Shown: one piece after another, positions 62,486 to 64,000 of the stretch
How the letters are laid out: every line of letters begins with the position of its first letter
Numbering within the stretch: position 1 is the stretch's first letter
DNA from: an uncultured Candidatus Saccharibacteria bacterium
GTDB taxonomy: Bacteria > Patescibacteriota > Doudnabacteria > UBA920
Assembly (NCBI GenBank): GCA_964474825.1
Contig: CAYYWQ010000001.1
Location: 65,420 to 129,419, forward strand
Direction: 5' to 3'
DNA length: 64,000 bases
Made by a program: the position numbers and the translations under genes
The notes under the pieces: generated by a model
What the model saw: only the letters and a program-made list of their open reading frames with translations
Database searches by the model: none
What the model was told of the DNA's origin: nothing

Positions 62486-64000
62486 TTACTGCCCCGTTGC
62501 CCAAATTATTAACTGTCCGGTTTTGCTGCCGCTACTTCCGGAGAAACCGGCAGGGATTTTTAATAGGGCATCTACAGCCAGGCTTTGCCCGCTATTTACA
62601 GTGGTGTTGAATTTTTGCCAGAATTTATTGTTTAGCCAAAGGTTGTTACCAAATAGCGTATCGCCGGAAACCGAAGCTGCAAGGCTAATGTTGCCGCTGC
62701 TGTTGTTTTGTATATGCAGGGTTTTGGCCACCTGGCTGCCGGGGGCAACGCTTCCAAAATTCAGGCTAGAACTGTCTACCGTAAAAGAAATAGAGGAGGG
62801 GAGCGTGGGCTGTGTTGAAGTGCCGTTGACTTGGCCGCCGCTAAAATTGGCGGCAAGGCTTACGGAAGAAGCAGAGGGTTCGCCAATTTTAAGCAAAACC
62901 TGGTTACTGCGAATGTAGCCGGTCTTTTGGGCGTAGACCTGATAGTAGCCGTCTGGGGCGGTTATAGAAGCGTGGCCGCTGCTGTCGCTGGAATTGTTAC
63001 CGGTGCCAAAATAAACGGTGGCGGCGGAAAGAGCGGAGAAGGAGCTGTTTTCAAAACCTTGTACGGTTGCGGTTACAGTTTGGCCGGAATTTGCGGTTAC
63101 AGCGGAGAGGTCCAACTTTGTCGGCTTCCAGCCGGAAAGGCCGTAGTACCATAGGACGCTGTCACCGTCTTTAAGCTGGTAGTCAGCCGCGCCTGTGGAA
63201 GGAGGCAGCGTGTTGTTAACTAAATAAAGCCAGCCTGTGGCGCCTGCTGCCGCATCGGTATTAATTTGGGTTAGGTAAGGACCTAAATTGTCGTTGTCTA
63301 TATTAAAGGTAAAGCCGCAAGTAGTAGCTGAATTTTTTATTACGTCCATGACTGTTTGAGCAGCGATTTGGCCGTTGCACACGGAGGCGCTTGAGCCTTC
63401 AATTCTAAAACCAACGGTGGGGAGCGAAGCGGTAATGGAATTAACCGGCAAACTTTTGCCTGTTAGCGCTATAACTGAGTAAGCGGTTTGTACGGGGGTA
63501 AAAGCATTGTCTTCGGTCGCAAAATAACCGTTAGCGTTTTGTTGTGACACTAAATAATCTACAGGACTGTGGCCGGACTTTGTCCAGCTCGAAGGTGAAA
63601 TAGCTAAACCGTTTAGCGCCCAAATTACAGAAGCGGTAGAAGACGGGTCGCTGTCCGTGCCCCAAGAGCTGGCAGGGTCAGAGGTGAAGCCGCCGTCATT
63701 ATTTTGAGCCGTCTTTAAAAAGTTTAACGCAGACTGAATGTGATTGTCGGATTCGTTTACACCCGCAGCTTTTAAAGCTAAAATTGCTGCTGCGGTAATG
63801 CCACTGTCAGCGTCACCAAAAGTAGTCCATCCAAAGCTGCCGTTTTCATTTTGATGGGACAGAATAAAGTTTTTAGCTCCGACAATAACAGGGTCAGTCG
63901 CGGGAACGCCCGAAGAAGTTAAAGCTAATATCCCAAAAACGTCATCGTTAATGGTAGAGTCTTCGCCAAGCTGACCGCCAGAAAAAAATGATTTTAATTT
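62486..64000 (-). CDS. Large secreted protein with prenyltransferase/squalene-oxidase-like repeats (N-terminal part lies beyond window; partial)
   Basis: Frame stays open from 63550 to 64000 (no stop in 150 codons), so the GTG at 63550 in the ORF track is internal; repeats QNENGSFGW…, QNNDGGFTS…SVIWAL, QNANGYFA…TAYSVIAL; C-terminal Ser/Thr-rich beta region. Confidence 0.6.
   Translation of the reverse strand, partial: KLKSFFSGGQLGEDSTINDDVFGILALTSSGVPATDPVIVGAKNFILSHQNENGSFGWTTFGDADSGITAAAILALKAAGVNESDNHIQSALNFLKTAQNNDGGFTSDPASSWGTDSDPSSTASVIWALNGLAISPSSWTKSGHSPVDYLVSQQNANGYFATEDNAFTPVQTAYSVIALTGKSLPVNSITASLPTVGFRIEGSSASVCNGQIAAQTVMDVIKNSATTCGFTFNIDNDNLGPYLTQINTDAAAGATGWLYLVNNTLPPSTGAADYQLKDGDSVLWYYGLSGWKPTKLDLSAVTANSGQTVTATVQGFENSSFSALSAATVYFGTGNNSSDSSGHASITAPDGYYQVYAQKTGYIRSNQVLLKIGEPSASSVSLAANFSGGQVNGTSTQPTLPSSISFTVDSSSLNFGSVAPGSQVAKTLHIQNNSSGNISLAASVSGDTLFGNNLWLNNKFWQKFNTTVNSGQSLAVDALLKIPAGFSGSSGSKTGQLIIWATGQ

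Overview
Overview: this is a 64-kb AT-rich (~40% GC) window, gene-dense with short intergenic spacers. It looks like a small-genome Gram-positive-like or CPR/Patescibacteria-type organism (family-level calls rest on motifs only). I found no rRNA, tRNA or CRISPR.

Gene content:
- A minus-strand de novo purine operon runs from 20 to 10368 (purL-purQ-purF-purN-purD-purE-purM). Its purL carries one clear N-terminal PurS-like domain, a possible second one, and an internal repeat insertion.
- A housekeeping/accessory block follows: HAD hydrolases, a GT2 glycosyltransferase, an FAD oxidase, GGCT, PEBP, an ATP-grasp protein, a PIF1-like helicase, Smr, a TfoX_N protein, EngB, TspO, an SGNH hydrolase, VKOR, glycerate kinase, a 2-hydroxyacid dehydrogenase, DsbA and a YYY membrane protein.
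- A cell-surface arsenal is present. It includes five type-IV-pilin-like genes, two giant paralogous surface proteins (955 and 1891 aa, the larger with C-terminal LysM) that share a YSIRK-like N-terminal module, a 1545-aa Cys-rich protein with thrombospondin type-1-like repeats, and a partial prenyltransferase-repeat protein.

Unusual signals:
- Several short GC-rich (~58-60%) islands are embedded in the AT-rich background. Each has its own RBS and/or hairpin terminator.
- Two of these islands share a ~45-nt 3' element.
- One island (a 754-aa secreted protein) is bracketed by paralogous host genes and by a cluster of perfect palindromes.
- A 1.3-kb non-coding, partly GC-rich, structured region lies upstream of purL.
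- Heptanucleotide tandem tracts (TCTAAAT-like) sit in the first codons of two adjacent pilin genes, making them candidates for phase variation. A third such tract lies in a purL linker.
- There is a 23-mer repeat in the pur cluster, a 45-nt conserved leader before two membrane-protein genes, and a perfect 20-bp palindrome framed by imperfect direct repeats.

All family assignments are from motif recognition only; no searches were run.
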